Assembly: GCF_009834535.1 (NCBI RefSeq)
Contig: NC_045696.1
Location: 29,390,001-29,454,000 of the forward strand
Direction: 5' to 3'
Origin: Camelus ferus
Taxonomy: Eukaryota
Length of the DNA: 64,000 nt
This document shows, one piece after another, positions 38,636 to 52,764 of the stretch. The notes under the pieces were generated by a model, which was not told the origin of the DNA, did not search any database, and saw nothing but the letters and a program-made list of their open reading frames with translations. Position 1 is the stretch's first letter. Each line of letters begins with the position of its first letter. A program made the translations under genes and the position numbers.

Positions 38636-38662
38636 TTAGGGTTAGGGTTAGGGTTAGGATTA
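38636..38662 (+). repeat. Short telomere-like repeat (TTAGGG)3 TTAGGA TTA
   Basis: Direct reading. Confidence 0.85.
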
Positions 38663-39654
38663 TAATGTTCTTCCTTCTCCACAGCCTGGGCAAAAGATGA
38701 AAGAAATCCAGAAGTGTTCATATGACATCCTCCAGGTTGTGTGGTAAAGAGCTAAAATAGACTTTGATATCACAATGTTGGAACTCTTTGCAAGGATTTC
38801 TGCTAGGATTGACTGAAGCATGTGTTCTGGGGAACAGAAGGAGATGGCCAGCATCTGAGGACTTTTCTTGCACAGAGAGAGATAACATTAAGACACTTCT
38901 TGGAAGAGCCAGGACAGAAACCAAGGCCTGAAACCGGGCAAGATGATCTACACCTCAGTTGGGTAAACTCAGAAGCCAGCCAGATAAGAACAGCATAACA
39001 GTATCTGTGTGGTCCATGTGCCTAAACTCAGAGAAAGGAGGAGCAGAAGAGTGATGGAGACAAAGTGTGCAAGTCTAGACATGGACCATGATGATATTGC
39101 GAAAGACAGAAAGAAATTGTTGTCAAACTGAAAAAGACTGTGATGTGTCTAATTGCTAACTTTGTGACTTAAAATATGACATCCTTCACTTTCCTCTTAT
39201 GCTCACTCTCCATTAAAATATTCTGACTTGTCATTATAACTTAAGAAAAGTATAAGGTTATTTCTAAAAATATAACGTAGGTTATCATAAGAAGCTTAGG
39301 TCAAAAACAATGTGATTGCATGCTAATATTTTTGGAACCAAGTAATTAACTCCTCACTTCCCTTAACTTCAAAAATGACAATAGATTGATCTATGCCACA
39401 TGTCAATATCACGGGTGTCACACAACTTTGCGCAAAGTTCTCATTTATAAAACTAGTGTTCTTTGTACTGTTTTATACAAAAACTTACTTTATTCTTGGG
39501 AGTCCTCAAAATTATGTGAAAAGAGAAATGTATAAGAAATGTTCAATCCAAGATAAATTGTGAACCATTTTTAGATAAATTTGTAATTGAGAATAAAATG
39601 AACTCAGTTTGGCCATGGACCACCATAATATCATAGGCATTGATGCCTCACTTA

Positions 39655-39965
39655 GCTGTTTCTAAGTGATCATTGACTTTTTTACTGCACGCCTACTGTG
39701 TACTTATCATTGTAGTCAGTAGTACTGAGGACACTAATTGAACAGGACAGAATTCCTGCCCTATCAAAGCTGATGGCTTAATCCCCAAAAGAGAAAAATT
39801 AAACAGTTACAAAACATCCATACTGCAATCTATGACACGTTTCATGTGCTACAGGAGCAGGGGCCAGGTAGGAAGGTCTTCTTGCTGTGAAATGTGGCTA
39901 CCTCAGGGAATTTGTGAGGGACATCTTCACAAAGAGGTGATACCTAGACTAAATCTTATGGGAGG
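39655..39965 (-). mobile_element. L2 fragment
   Basis: tttactgcacgcctactgtgtac..tactgaggacac..gaacaggacagaattcctgccct..tgctacaggagca..gaggtgatacctagactaaatctt. Confidence 0.65.
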
Positions 39966-40499
39966 GATGTTGTGTTATGTTTTCTAAGAAATATTTCTTT
40001 TCAATACTTAAGAGATCTGAATAAACCTAGTAAAATATATTAGAATGCAGTAAGTTGGGGCTACAAAAATTGAAAATTGAATTTTGAGGGTTTACTTTAT
40101 GATTTCATGGTTTCGGTTCTACAGCAAATAAGCCATTTAAGGGTAATTTTAAAAATCAAAGCAGCAGTCATTTATTTTGAGGAGATTGCAATATATACTT
40201 ATAAACAAATACCAATGGTCCTAATATTATCAGAATGACTACTTGTGGCTGAGATCAAAATATCTAGCAACAACATCTTGCACCAATCCAAATACTTTTG
40301 AGCTTCAAAATATTTAGACAGGTGACAATGAAGCAATCTGAAACACTCCTTGATGATTCAAAAATGGCTCAAGTGATGTTGATGAAATGAGATTATAGAT
40401 GCATATCTTGACCCAAGTTAGGTTAAATTCACTTTCTCCAGAATTTTAAATTGGAATAGATTCCCATATAAAATTATAACTGCAAAATATGTAAAATTA

Positions 40500-40818
40500 G
40501 AACTGGAAAAGTCATGTTTGTGCACCAGCTTTGTTGGTCAGGCAGAAAGTCCAACTACAGAAGAGTAAAGTACAGAGAGAAACAGAATTAAAGGCCATGT
40601 GAGTCCAAAGAGAGGAAGGGAGAGACAGGGATAAGTCAGTTACCTTGGTTTCTGGGTTGTCGTGATTGCCTTGGTTTGGGTGCTCTTAGTTTTACATCCT
40701 TGCAAAGCCGGGCTGAGCTTTTAATCCTTGAATTCCTGGTATAAGCCAAGATCGTTCCAGGTTTTACCTAGGTAATTATGAGTAGGTTTTGTTACATCCA
40801 AGCAAATGATTAACACAG
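40500..40818 (+). mobile_element. LTR33-like ERVL LTR fragment
   Basis: gccgggctgagcttttaatccttgaattcc..ttatgagtaggttttgttacatccaagcaa. Confidence 0.4.
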
Positions 40819-41618
40819 TTATGCCTTTCAAAAAAAAAAGTTAAAAGTAGCCTAAGACCAAGAAGAAAAGACAACAAATTACTTAAAGCATAATATTCAT
40901 CCATATCATTTTTACTATTGATTCCACTCAGTGAAAAGCAAGGAAAAATAAATAAATCCAAACACTGCCTTTCTATTCCCCTGGGGGTGCACAGTAGAAC
41001 TAAAATCATGTGTAACCTTAGCTGGATAAGATCTCTCCATAATTTGATCCATACTCTTCAGATTAGAGGAAAAAAAAACATTTACTTTATCATTTCCATG
41101 CCTATTCTTTTGTTAAGTAGATTAAACTAAAATGCTCAGGGTGATTCTAGAATTTTTTGGGGGATTATGATTCTTTCCATCTGGCAAGAAGGTTAAAAGA
41201 AGAGTAGTTGATTAGCCATTTATTTCCAAATACCTGAATATATTAAGAGTCTAGTTGAATTTTTAATTATCCAGATGTTGGACATATGTAAACTAAAAAT
41301 AGAAAAAGGAACTGCCACTTGATAAATCACAGGTTAGGGCAGCATGAGGAATAGAAAAAGCTTTAAAGAGGTAAATATGTGGCCCTAATGACATCAGCTA
41401 TATTTTTCCATTGAGTGGCTACTCTCACCATCCTATTCTTTTATTTGGTAACTTTATAAAGCCTCCCCTTGCTACTGGCCCCATCTAAATTCCTTTTCTT
41501 ACGAACTCTTTTCAGAAATCCATTCACACAAAAGGGACTGATGATTGCTCGGTGTAAGCCTTCCCAGGAGAACTGTCATTTTAAGCCTTTAATTAAACAG
41601 AATAATCTTTTACTGCAG

Positions 41619-41697
41619 GATTTTTCAAAATGTAGTCAATAGAAAAGGGAGTATTTGAGGAACAAGGAAGTTTCCCTGATGCTTCTTATTATACCAG
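41619..41697 (+). other. Candidate 79-nt non-coding exon
   Basis: Acceptor tcttttactgcAG|G and consensus donor CAG|GTAAGT; stops in all three frames. Confidence 0.25.
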
Positions 41698-42654
41698 GTA
41701 AGTAACCGTCCACTCTGTCTCTCTCCTTAATGTCAGAAGTAATTATCATACTAATTCTGTCTTATCATTGTAACCATTATCATTGCTATGCTCATTCATA
41801 AATCAACTTTTTTTAACTTGAAAGTTTATATATCCTCCCCCAAAGAGAAAAAGGAAGCAAAAAAAGGAGAATGAACTCAATGAGGGATGAAGCAGATGGT
41901 ATCAAGGAAACATGGCACCAAGAATGATCTTTATAAACATACATAAAATAAAAGTATACAAACAATAACAGACGTAAAAGTAAGAGATAACTTACTCACT
42001 CTGATTTCCTGCATGTTGGTATCTCCCAAAGTTCCAAGAAAATTTGCAATACAAGTCCTTAAGGCAAGTAATGCCAGTAGATTTCTGAGGTGGTGAATAT
42101 GTCACCTGTTTACCACATTGTATTTGTGTAGCAATACAGATGGACTCTAATTCATAACTAAGTCAAGGGAGGAGCTGATACTCCCTGAACTAGGACAGCC
42201 CAGGCGGCAGGAAATTCGATTGGCCAACACGTCAAATAGGTGCAACTGCAAGACCTGGACCCTGATCATGACAGGAAGAGGGATGGTGCTTCATAACCAC
42301 ACAGTCAAAAAGCCCACAGCCTAAGGGCTGAGGTCTGGCTCCCAAGTCTGATATCCATTTCATCCAAAGTGCAATGGGCAACATCCAGCCCACATAGGCA
42401 ACTCTTATTATTCTATGATTATTCTAAATAAAGGATTCCGCAGGAGGACAGGTATGTGTGAGGTCTGGCCACTTGCCTTTGTTTTGATAAAAATATAAAA
42501 TACAATATAGAGATTTAACACACGGGTATCTATATTTATTTCTCAAGTACTTTCTATTCACTCATCTGTAAGCAAATAATTTGGGGGGACAGCTGTGCCA
42601 GAAACTGCATTACATATAACACATACACAGAACTGGGACCCAGGGCAAAGGGCA

Positions 42655-42865
42655 AGAAGAGGCTTTAGAATTAGGACAAGTGGGTTAGAACCCCAGGGCT
42701 GCTAGTGACCAGCTGTGTGACATGAGCCAGCTATACATATACTCTAAGCCACATTTTTTGTTTCATGAGATGGATATGCTTGCAAGGTTATCACGGAGAT
42801 TAATGAAAACATATGAGTAGCACCTAACATTAATATAATTCCATCTTGGTCAATTTGTTTATATT
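42655..42865 (+). mobile_element. MIR SINE
   Basis: ggctttagaattagga..gggttagaaccccag..accagctgtgtgacatgagc..ctctaagcc..aaggttatcacggagattaa. Confidence 0.75.
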
Positions 42866-43971
42866 ATAACACTTCCCTTTGAAAAAAATTGATGATCAGG
42901 ATATGTAAATAGATTCCTCATTTCAAAAACATAAATGACCAGGCAACAAATTATAAGAATATTGGTACCAGATTAAAAAAATTCTTTAGTAAAACATGGG
43001 GGGGGTGCTTCTTATTGAAAGAGTCTATTAGAGCATGGATGCAGAAAAGTAAGGGCATTTGTAAATAGATTCTTCCAAAATTTACACTGATAGTTATTAT
43101 CAGGCTATTTGTCAGTGGGAAATATATCAATTCATGGTAATTTAAAAAAAAGCAACGCAAAATTTTTAAAAAGGGCATCTCAAGAAGTCTCTTCACATAT
43201 GATTTCACAGAACACATCTAAATAAGATAGCAGTGTGGGTGGGTTGCTAGGGAATGCTATAGCTTGAAGTATTTATGTTGTAGCTTTGAAAACATGGGTC
43301 CACGTGGAAATTAAATTAAAAGAATTAAACAGTCAACTCCATCCATAAGCACATGTTTTGAAGATATTGCACACTGTCACAGATTGTACAGAATCTCCCC
43401 TTGTAAGCTGTAATCCCCAGGTTACTTCTGCTGGAGAGAGATGCCCATGACAGAGCTGAGAGGATGCTCATTGCTCACACAGGAAGAGTCTTCACCATAC
43501 CTTCCTGTAGGTGCTGCTTAAAAATCCCAAAATTTAGCAAAGAAGCCATAAGCTTCCAGTCCAGGGCTCTGAACACAGAGATTGCCTCAGGAATGTTAAG
43601 AAATGAACTAAACTGATTTATTCCTAAGGAATTTAATACCTAAAATTATTCCTATTCCCACATCTTCTTGAAGAATTTACTTCCCCAAAAGATTGCAATC
43701 AAATGAAGTTAATTTGGTTTATATGCTTAGACAAGCATAAGGGGAAATGCATTTTTTAAGGAAAAAAACATGAATTGCCCTAGTCACTTATTTTTATGAG
43801 CCAAATTTACTCCAGAAACAGGTCCAGGATGTTTCTAGCATCCAGTGGGTACAGAGTTGGATAAGATGTTTCCAGTATAATTCAGACTAACACTAAAAGT
43901 TTAATATATACAGGTGTTTTAGGGAAATTTAATAATTTAAGTAAGTGGAAGACATCATTCTCAAAGAAGTA

Positions 43972-44128
43972 CAGTCAGCCCTCTGTGTTTGAAGATGCAG
44001 GACCCATGAATACTGAGGACCGACTGTACTACATAATTTTTTATACGGAACTTGAGCATCTGTTCCATATTTCGGTATCCACGGGTGGGTCTTAGAACAA
44101 ATGCCTTGTGGATACTGAGGGATTAATG
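43972..44128. mobile_element. MER2/MER2B-like (TcMar-Tigger) MITE
   Basis: cagtcagccctc..; aacttgagcatc..ggtatcc..; gtggatactgagggattaatg end; TA TSD on both sides (43970-43971, 44129-44130). Confidence 0.8.
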
Positions 44129-44184
44129 TACCAAGGAGCAATAAGTCAGTCAATCAATCACTCCCCAGAATGTGATGCTTTAAA

Positions 44185-44310
44185 TAAACAATCCTTCTGA
44201 GTCTCTATCTGAACTGAATTTTACAGATGAGGAAACTGATACACGATGACTCTTACTTACCCCAGGAAGCAATACTGGGATGCCAGTATTCCAGCAGGGT
44301 CATACTCTCA
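44185..44310 (-). mobile_element. MIR fragment
   Basis: attttacagatgaggaaactga core. Confidence 0.6.
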
Positions 44311-45811
44311 GTCTTCTTTGGAAAGGATGTAGGTGGAAATTAAAGCACAATTGAAGAGATATATAAAATGCATTCAGGCAATCCAATCATGGAGAAAAAA
44401 GATGACTGAAACACATTTTCCATTACTGACACTGAATAAAGAAATATGATGCAGTAAGTAGCTTCTAACTTGGCTGGGGTAGAACAAAATAGGACTGAAG
44501 TATTTGAGCTTCCATATGAAGGAACATAGGCTGACCTGGTAAAGGGACTATTATTATTTCTTAAATACAAGTTTTACCTTGAGGTGTTGTCATCTATGCT
44601 ACCTCCTTAACTGAAGATAGTTATATAGGTTATTTACTTTCCCCTAAATTAAAGTTCAGAGAAGCAATACATTTTTGAAATTAAGCTCTATAATAAAGAA
44701 TGGATTTTACAGAGCTTTCACAGCTTTACCATCATTTTAGAATGCACAGCTGAATCGGCTGAAGACTTGGCAAAAGTACACTCCAGGGAGCCACTCAGCA
44801 CTGGCTAAAGAAATACACTCTTTTAATGGTTTCTTGGTGGAGGTGGTGGATTTCACCACTTGTTTCTAAAGTGCTATGATCGCGCCCTTGGAAATCCAGA
44901 CGCCTCAGTTTCTTCCATGGGTTCCATGGGACTGCAGAATGATTTAAGCTTTTCATCTGAGTCAGAATCTTTGCTTCTGTAGTTCATCAACCTCATCTGT
45001 CACGTATATGTCACCGAAATGAGAAAAACCTTAGAAGGCAGGAAAAAATTAAAAACAAATTAACGTGGGAAGATGATATAAATCAAGTGGTGAAGCCAAG
45101 AGTGAATTATCAAAAGATCTTTCATCAGGAGTGAATACATTTTCCTTTCTCAAGAGGAACCCATTATGTGTTTTTGTTTGCACTATTATACATCAAGTGG
45201 CATATTAAAGAAATAGATTTATTAGGATTTAGAATGTGTTTTACTCTGATAGGAGAGAATAGTGGTCTTTCAAATTTAATTTGAAAAGGCTTAAACCGTG
45301 AAAGTCTACAAAGGCCCTAGTTAGTGATGAACGCTAAGAAAACAAATGCTATTTTTAACTTAAAACACATGAACGAATCCTTTCTCATAAGAAAAAAAAA
45401 AATACAAAAACAATACCAAGTTAGAAAAAGCATTGTTTATTCTGTCTAAAATCCTCAGAATTTATTCAGTCAACTATGGCAGTTTGATGTTTTTATGGCA
45501 AATCATGATCTGTTTACTGAGAGGGGAAGGAAACAATTAAGGCAACGCCTGCTTGTGTTTTCTAAGCTTGTTTTTCTTCTGAGTTAAACTGATTGGCTTT
45601 ACCAACGGATTTTGAAAGACACATCAATATAAAACAGAGATCTCAATAAGGAGTTTGAGAATGCCAAGAAATTTGAAAGAACATCAAAGATAGAAATTCA
45701 GAGATGAAGAAAAGTTAGCTTTTCTGCAGTAACCGACTTGCGACTTGCCCAATCACCACACCTGTTTTTTATTTGAGAAACATAAATAGCCATATTGGAG
45801 TCTTTCTGGAG

Positions 45812-45813
<2 letters not shown>

Positions 45814-45842
<29 letters not shown>
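45814..45842 (+). repeat. (TG)n microsatellite
   Basis: Direct reading. Confidence 0.95.
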
Positions 45843-45847
<5 letters not shown>

Positions 45848-45865
45848 GAAAGAAACAGAGAGACT

Positions 45866-46497
45866 TGTTGGAGGAAGAAATGTCTAGGCATTTAATTTGG
45901 CCTAAGAACAGACAAGTTTTGAGATTGGGGGAAGGGAGTATTGCAAAAGGAGAGGTGAACTATTATTGCAACAGATGGAACATTCTGGACCAGAGAGCTG
46001 TTAGTGTCGCAACAGTTAAGCAGGAAAGGGCTTTTCTTCTCTAGGGAGGAGTAAACAAGGCTGGAGAGAACCAGGCGTGGGGAAGTGGGATAAAGGCCTG
46101 CCTGACGGGGTAGTAGATCAAAGAATGTTCTACTGTGAAGCCGGCCTGTTGTATACAGGGGCCCTTAAGGAGGGGCCGTGACCTGGCTCTGGCTGAGAGG
46201 GGCCAAAATCAAGGACATGGGGAAAGGAGAGAAAAATAAGTCTGGATGTTCTGATTGATTAGGAATAAGCAATTCAGCAAATAATTTATGAGGCAAAGAA
46301 CAGAAATAGAGAGTCTGTGTCTGACTTGTCACGGGGAAATGAGGGCAAGTCTACGAGTCGTGTCTAGATCCTGTGGGGTAGGGTGGTTCTCTGCAGTTTG
46401 CTGGAACATGGGGCGGTGGCGGGGGCGGATGCGGGCATTTCTTTAACCTTCACTGTTTCCCAGGATCAAAGGGCCAGGGCAAAATTCAGCCTTGTCA
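45866..46497 (-). mobile_element. ERV1 solo LTR (MER67/MER110-like)
   Basis: Minus strand TGACAAGGCTGAATTTTGCCCTGGCCC..ctgggaaacagtgaaggttaaagaaat..cagacacagac..tctttgcctcataaat..CA end; TSD gact/gtct (3 of 4). Confidence 0.75.
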
Positions 46498-49400
46498 GTC
46501 TTCATGTCGTCTCAGCTCTGAGCCTTTCCACTTGTCCTTGCCCTAAACAAGAAAGGCTCTCCCGTATCCTCACCTGCTGTAGAGATCCTGGAAAAACCAG
46601 TTGGCTGTATCAAGTGCTAGGGCAAGTGTCCGGAAGGAAGAATGATGTTGGAAAATCTCTGAAGAGGAAAGACACGCCCCTGGGACAGCAGTATCTGAGC
46701 TGAGAACGGCCTCCTAAAATGATCGTGGTTCCTCTGACAAGATAAAAATCACCCAGAAGAGACCAGTCATGCCACCAAATCCCTTCAGCTGACCAGGCGT
46801 GGGGGTTGGGCAGTGTCACTGCTGGAGGGTGTAGTTTGTTTCCAGAGCTCTGAGCATGGAAGGTCCTCGATGCAGCCTCTGGGCAGGCTGACAGAGAACT
46901 AGCAGCACACAGGGAGTTAAGTTATGTCTGAAGCCTCTCCAGACACGTATTGGCGACTGGGCTTGGCCTGAACAAGAGCAGAAAGGTCACATCTGACAGC
47001 AGATCTCATCAGGGTGAGGAGGTATAGACCAGTGATCTTATTATGTCCCAGAGGCTCAGAGTCAGGAGGTTTGTGAAATTAAGCAGGTAGTGATTTTTTT
47101 TTTCCCCTCCTGGGAAATAGATGCTGCATACACTTGAATAAAGTTCATATACCTTTGAACTCCTGTGTCTCAGTTTCTTAATCAGGAAACACTACTTACC
47201 ACTTTGATGACTTTTAAGTTTATCCTGTGAATTCATAGGCCAATAAGAGCTTGAGGCAAAAATTCTTCAAAATAGAACACCAAGGATAGTCACTGTTCTA
47301 TACACTACTACCACCAAAAGCAGTGAAATGCATCATAAATTATATAATTAACTCCATAAGGGTGAAAAGGAATTAGTTCTGCTCGTAAGTAACAGAATGC
47401 TGATAACCCTCATTCAATTTCACCATTCAGGAGCATTTAGAACTTTTATCAGCTATTGTGATAAATTAGAAGTAGGAATGGGGTCTGTGTTTTCTATAAT
47501 TTTGTAGTAATAGTGCCGCTTCTGACACACTTTGTCTCTGTCATCAAGGCAATATGATCTGCCTCTTAATTACATTTCTGGGTGAAGGTAAAATAACAAA
47601 GAACCACACCATTGAGTTCATATCCTTTTAATATAAGTTACAGTGAGCCTTGGTTAATTCTAAAGAAATGGAGAGGAAAGAGGCTCAGGGAGCTAGATTA
47701 GGTTTTCCCTTTTTCTTCCTTGTCCTAGTTTACAGAACGTTATTATTGAGTATAATTACATTTTAGTGTCATCTCCATTTCTCATAATGTTGAAGTGTTC
47801 ACTGTAGCTTATCAAGAAGCCTTAAATATGGCTGTATGGGATGTTGAGACGAACAAAATTATTCCAATCTGGCTTTCTCTCTCCCATTATCAAGGCTTCA
47901 TTTAACCACTCTCCTAGAAGAGAGGCAGGCACACCTAAATTACACCACCAACTAATGGAGACCACCTAGAGAGATTCCAAAAGTCTCATGCACAGTAATT
48001 GTTAGAGATATTCCATTACCCTTTGTTCAGCAATATCCCCAATACCTTTATCTTAGCATTTGGTGAGTGATTCTGAATCTGAAGCATCATCTTCTCCCCT
48101 AATCATCACACTCCAAGGTCCAGATAAGTTCGGTCACCCTGCAGTTCTGTATCCTCTAAAAGCGGCCACATCTTTGGACTGTTTACAGCTTAGACGCCAG
48201 CAACGAGTAACAGTGACTAGAAGACGACCCTCTTCCTCCTCCTCCCTCACAACCCGGGAGACCCAGCTGAGGGCAACACTGTAGAGCAGGCCGACCTCAG
48301 CTGACACTCCAAAGAGCATTTGATTAGCACTGCACCAGAGGTGAATAGAAATAAAGGTAAATAAATACAGGGCCCAAGCCCTGCAGAAGCTGACAATGTA
48401 TTAATGCACTTGGGAAGATTCTGATGAGTTTATTCACACTGAGCTGTTCTTAGCTGACAAGCGTTAGTTCCTTCAGGTTCTACTGCAACAGGTTCCTTAG
48501 CAACCCAATTTCCCTTTCCTCGGTTGGTCTGTTGCAGGGGGAGAGTCTGGGTGACTGGGTATTGTGTGAGAACAGGTTCCGAGGATATCTGTCAGAGAAT
48601 TACAAGTTGCCCAACAGAGGTTCCAGAGAACAGCCTGCCATCCTGTTTCATCCCAGACCTTTTACAGAACGGGCGCCCTGACTTGTCCCTTAGCAGATTC
48701 CCTGCCAAGCAAGGGGCCAAGTGTGCAGAACTGACCTTGGAGCCAGAAGTCCCAAAAGACTCATTTTCTCATTAAGGACTTTATTCCCTTTAAAAGCACC
48801 ATAATGTACCTTGAAAAACTACTTTCCTTTAAGAGCTCCTCTCACAGCCTGGTGTACTCTGCAGGGTAATGGCCACAGAATTTAGGTTCAACTGGCAGCA
48901 GTCCTAAAGGGCACCATATCAAGTGTTCAGAACATTAGGAATTTGGGCCTGGAAATAAAGTGGCCTCCTGAGTGAATTTCACATTTCAGAGAGTGGATAG
49001 AGGAGATGTATCCTGAACAAAGGTTTTTTGGGGAAAAGAATTCTAGACAACCTTTTTATAGGAGATATCTGTATTTCTATTTATAGATAATCAAAGTATA
49101 TGGATATAAAATATATTTTATATCTATATATCCTATAATAACATATGTTTCTATACATGTATGTAATTTCTTATACTCAATCTGTGGTTATTTAACAGTA
49201 AGAAAAAGAAAAAGAAAAACCAGGGGCCAAGTTACACACATAAAAATTTATAAGATATTTCTTTTATTTGGTCCATAATCATAAAACAGTGAAGCTTTTT
49301 TAAAAATGAAAACTAGGGGCCAGACTACTTGTAGAAATTTTGCTGAAAAAAATTGTGATGACCTCTTTTTATCATTTAGGCAGATTATTAATACATTAAG

Positions 49401-49502
49401 GCTTAAAATATATGAGGGCTGCCCTGCAGGTCAAGGCCTTGACCAGATAGCTTTGAATAAGGCTTCTTTCATCTGTGAACATATAAATTCAATAAACGAT
49501 GG

Positions 49503-52294
49503 TCAGAAAATTTGAACACACTAATCACAAGAAGTGAAATGGAATCAGCAATTAAAAACCTCCCTGCAAGCAAAAGTCCAGGACGAGATGGCTTCATTGT
49601 GGAATTCTACCAAACATACAAAGAATTCATACTGATCTTTTTCAAACTCTTCCAAAAAATTGAAGAGGAGGGAATACTCCCAAACTCATCTTAAGACGTC
49701 ACCATTACCCTGATACCAAAGCCAGACAAAGACACTACTGAAAAAGAAAATTACAGGCCAATATTGTTGATGAACATAGATGCAAAAATTCTCAACAAAA
49801 TATTAGCCAATGAATCCAACAACACATAAAAAAGATCATACACCATGATCAAGTTGGATTCATCACAGGGACACAAAGATGATTCAACATATGCAAGTCA
49901 GTCAATGTGGCATACCACATCAACCAAAGAAAGGACAAAAACCACACGATCATCTCAATAGATGCAGAAAAAGCATCTGATAAAATTCAATATCCATTTA
50001 TGATAAAAATCCTTACCAAAGTGGATATAGAGAGAACATATCTCAACATAATAACAGCTATTTATGACAAACCCACAGCCAGCACATACTCAGTGGTGCA
50101 AAGCTGAAAGCCTTCCTGCTAAAATCTGGAACCAGACAAGGATGCCCACTGTCCCTACTTTTATTCAACATAGTATTGGAAGTCCTAGCCACAGCAATCA
50201 GACAAAGAAAAGAAATAAAAGGGATCCAAATTGGAAGAGAAGAGATAAAACTGTAACAATATGCAGATGACATGATTCTATACATAGAAAACCCTAACAG
50301 CTCCATACAAAAACCACTAACGATGACAAAAGAATCTGGCAAGGTAGCAGGGTACAAGATTAACATACAGAAATCAGTTGCATTTCTTCACACTGACAAT
50401 GAAATACCAGAAAAGGAAAGTAAAGAAACAATCTCTTTTAAAAGAGCATCAAAAAATAAAATACTTAGGAATAAACTTGACCAAGGTGGTGAAAGATGTA
50501 TATGCTGAGAACTATAACAGTGATTAAGGAAACTAAAGATAATTTAAAGACAGGGAAAGATATCTGATGCTCTTGGATTGGGAGAATTAATATTGCTAAA
50601 ATGGACATACTACACAAAGCAATCTACAGATTTAATGTGATCCCTATAAAATTACCCAGGACATTTTTCACAGAACTAGAACTAGAATCCTAAAATGTAC
50701 GTAGAATCACGGAAGACCCAGAATCGCCAAAGCAATACTGAAAAAAAAAAAAAGAATGAAGCTGAAGGAATAATGCATCCAGACTTCAGACAAAACTACA
50801 GAGATACAGTAATCAAAACAGCATGGTATTGGCACAAAAACAGACATATGGATCAATGGAACAGAATAGAGAGCCTAGAAATAAACCCACACACCCATGG
50901 TCAATTAATCTTCAACAAAGGAGGCAAGAATATACAATGGCAAAAAGACAGTCTCTTCAGCAAGTGATGTTGGGAAAGTTGGACAGCAGCATGTAAATCA
51001 ATGAAGTTAGAACACTCCCTCAAACCATACACAAAAATAAATTCAAAATGGCTTAAAGACTTAAACAGAGGACAAGACACTGTAAACCTCCTAGGAGAAA
51101 ACATAGGCAAAACATTCTCTGATGTAAATCTTAGCAATGTTCTCCTAGCACAGTCTACCCAGGCAATAGAAATAAATGCAAAAATAAATAAATTGGACCT
51201 AATCAAACTTACAAACTTTTGCACAGCAAAGGAAACCATAAGCCAAACAAAATGACAATGTACAGAATGGGAGAAAATATTTGTGAATGATGCAACTTAC
51301 AAGGGCTTAATTTCCAGAATACACAAACAGCTCATACAACTTAATAACAAAAAAAACAAGCAACCCAATCCACAAATGGGCAGAAGACCCACACAAGCAA
51401 TTCTCCAATGAATACATACAAATGGCCACAGACACATGAAAAAATGCTCAATATCACTACTGATCAGGGAAATGCAAATCAAAACTATAATAAGGTATCA
51501 CCTCATACCAGTCAGAATGGCCATCATTAAAAAGTCCACAAAGGATAAATGCTGGAGAGGTTGTGGAGAAAAGGGAACCCTCCTACACTATTGGTGGGAA
51601 GGTAGTTTGGTTCAGCCATTATGAAAAACTATGGAAATTCTTTAAAAAACTAAAAATAGACTTACCATATGACCCAGCATTCCCATTCCTGGGTGTATAT
51701 CTGGAGGGAAACATTGAAAAGGCACATGTACCCCAATGTTCACAGCAGCACTATTTACAATAGCCAAGACATGAAAACAAGCTAAATGTCCATCAACACA
51801 TGACTGGATAAAAAAGTTGCAATATACAATGGACTACTACTCAGCCACAAAAAAGAATAAAATAATGCCATTTGCAACAACATGGATGGACCTGGAGATA
51901 CCATTCTAAGTGAAGTAAGCCAGAAAGAGAAAGAAAAATACCATATGATATCACTTATATCTGGAATCAAAAAAAAAAAAAGACAAAAATGAACTGATTC
52001 ACGAAACAGAAATAGACTCACAGACATAGGAAACAAACTTATGGTTACCTATGGGGAAAGGGGGTGGGAAAAGATAAATTGGGAGTTTGAGATTTGCAGA
52101 TATTAACTACTATACATAAAAGAGATAAACAACAAGTTTCTACTGTATAGCACAGGGAACTATATTTAATATCTTGTAGTAACCTATAATGAAAAAGAAT
52201 AAGAAAATGAATATATGTATGTATATGTATGACTGAAACATTATTCTGTACACCAGAAATTGATACAACATTGTAAACTGACTATATTCCAATA

Positions 52295-52333
<39 letters not shown>

Positions 52334-52334
52334 A
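49503..52334 (+). mobile_element. 5'-truncated LINE-1 (ORF2 RT and C-terminal domains, 3'UTR, (TAAA)n tail), inactivated
   Basis: ORF2 peptides [38 protein letters not shown] (50260-50283), [35 protein letters not shown]; multiple stops and frameshifts; (TAAA)n at ~52293-52334. Confidence 0.97.
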
Positions 52335-52764
52335 TTTAAAATAAATAGTTGTTAGCAGTAGATGGTATCAGGTGTTCCTCTCCCTAATCCCAAAATGTAA
52401 TTTATATAAATTAAGTAGGGAAGAAAACAAGAGCATGGGGTTTTCTACAGTTTATATATTTTGTAACTTGTCATGACATTTTTTCCCATTCTTGCTACAA
52501 TGTACTATCCAGTAGAAGATATGAGATGCCCACTTCTCAGTGGCTCAAACAGGAGACAAAATGTTGCAACTAGCTATCTACACTGCCTGTCATCTCATGT
52601 ACAAAAGAGTGAGATGGATCATCTCAGAAGGGGACCAGATGTGTTGGAAGAACTTGAGGGCATATTAACCACTCTATCTTTAAGAGGGTTGGGGTGGGGC
52701 AGGGTTTGGGATGAGAGTGATAGCCATTTCCAGTTCTGCTGGAGCCTTCCCCACCACAGGATTA

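Noticed and set aside
38257..38721. 154-aa ORF with NPNPNPNP
   Set aside because: The NP repeat is the antisense translation of the TTAGGG array and the C-terminus runs into MLT1A
49503..52334. Active L1 or domesticated reverse transcriptase
   Set aside because: Lacks 5'UTR, ORF1 and endonuclease; many stops and frameshifts; no convincing TSD identified
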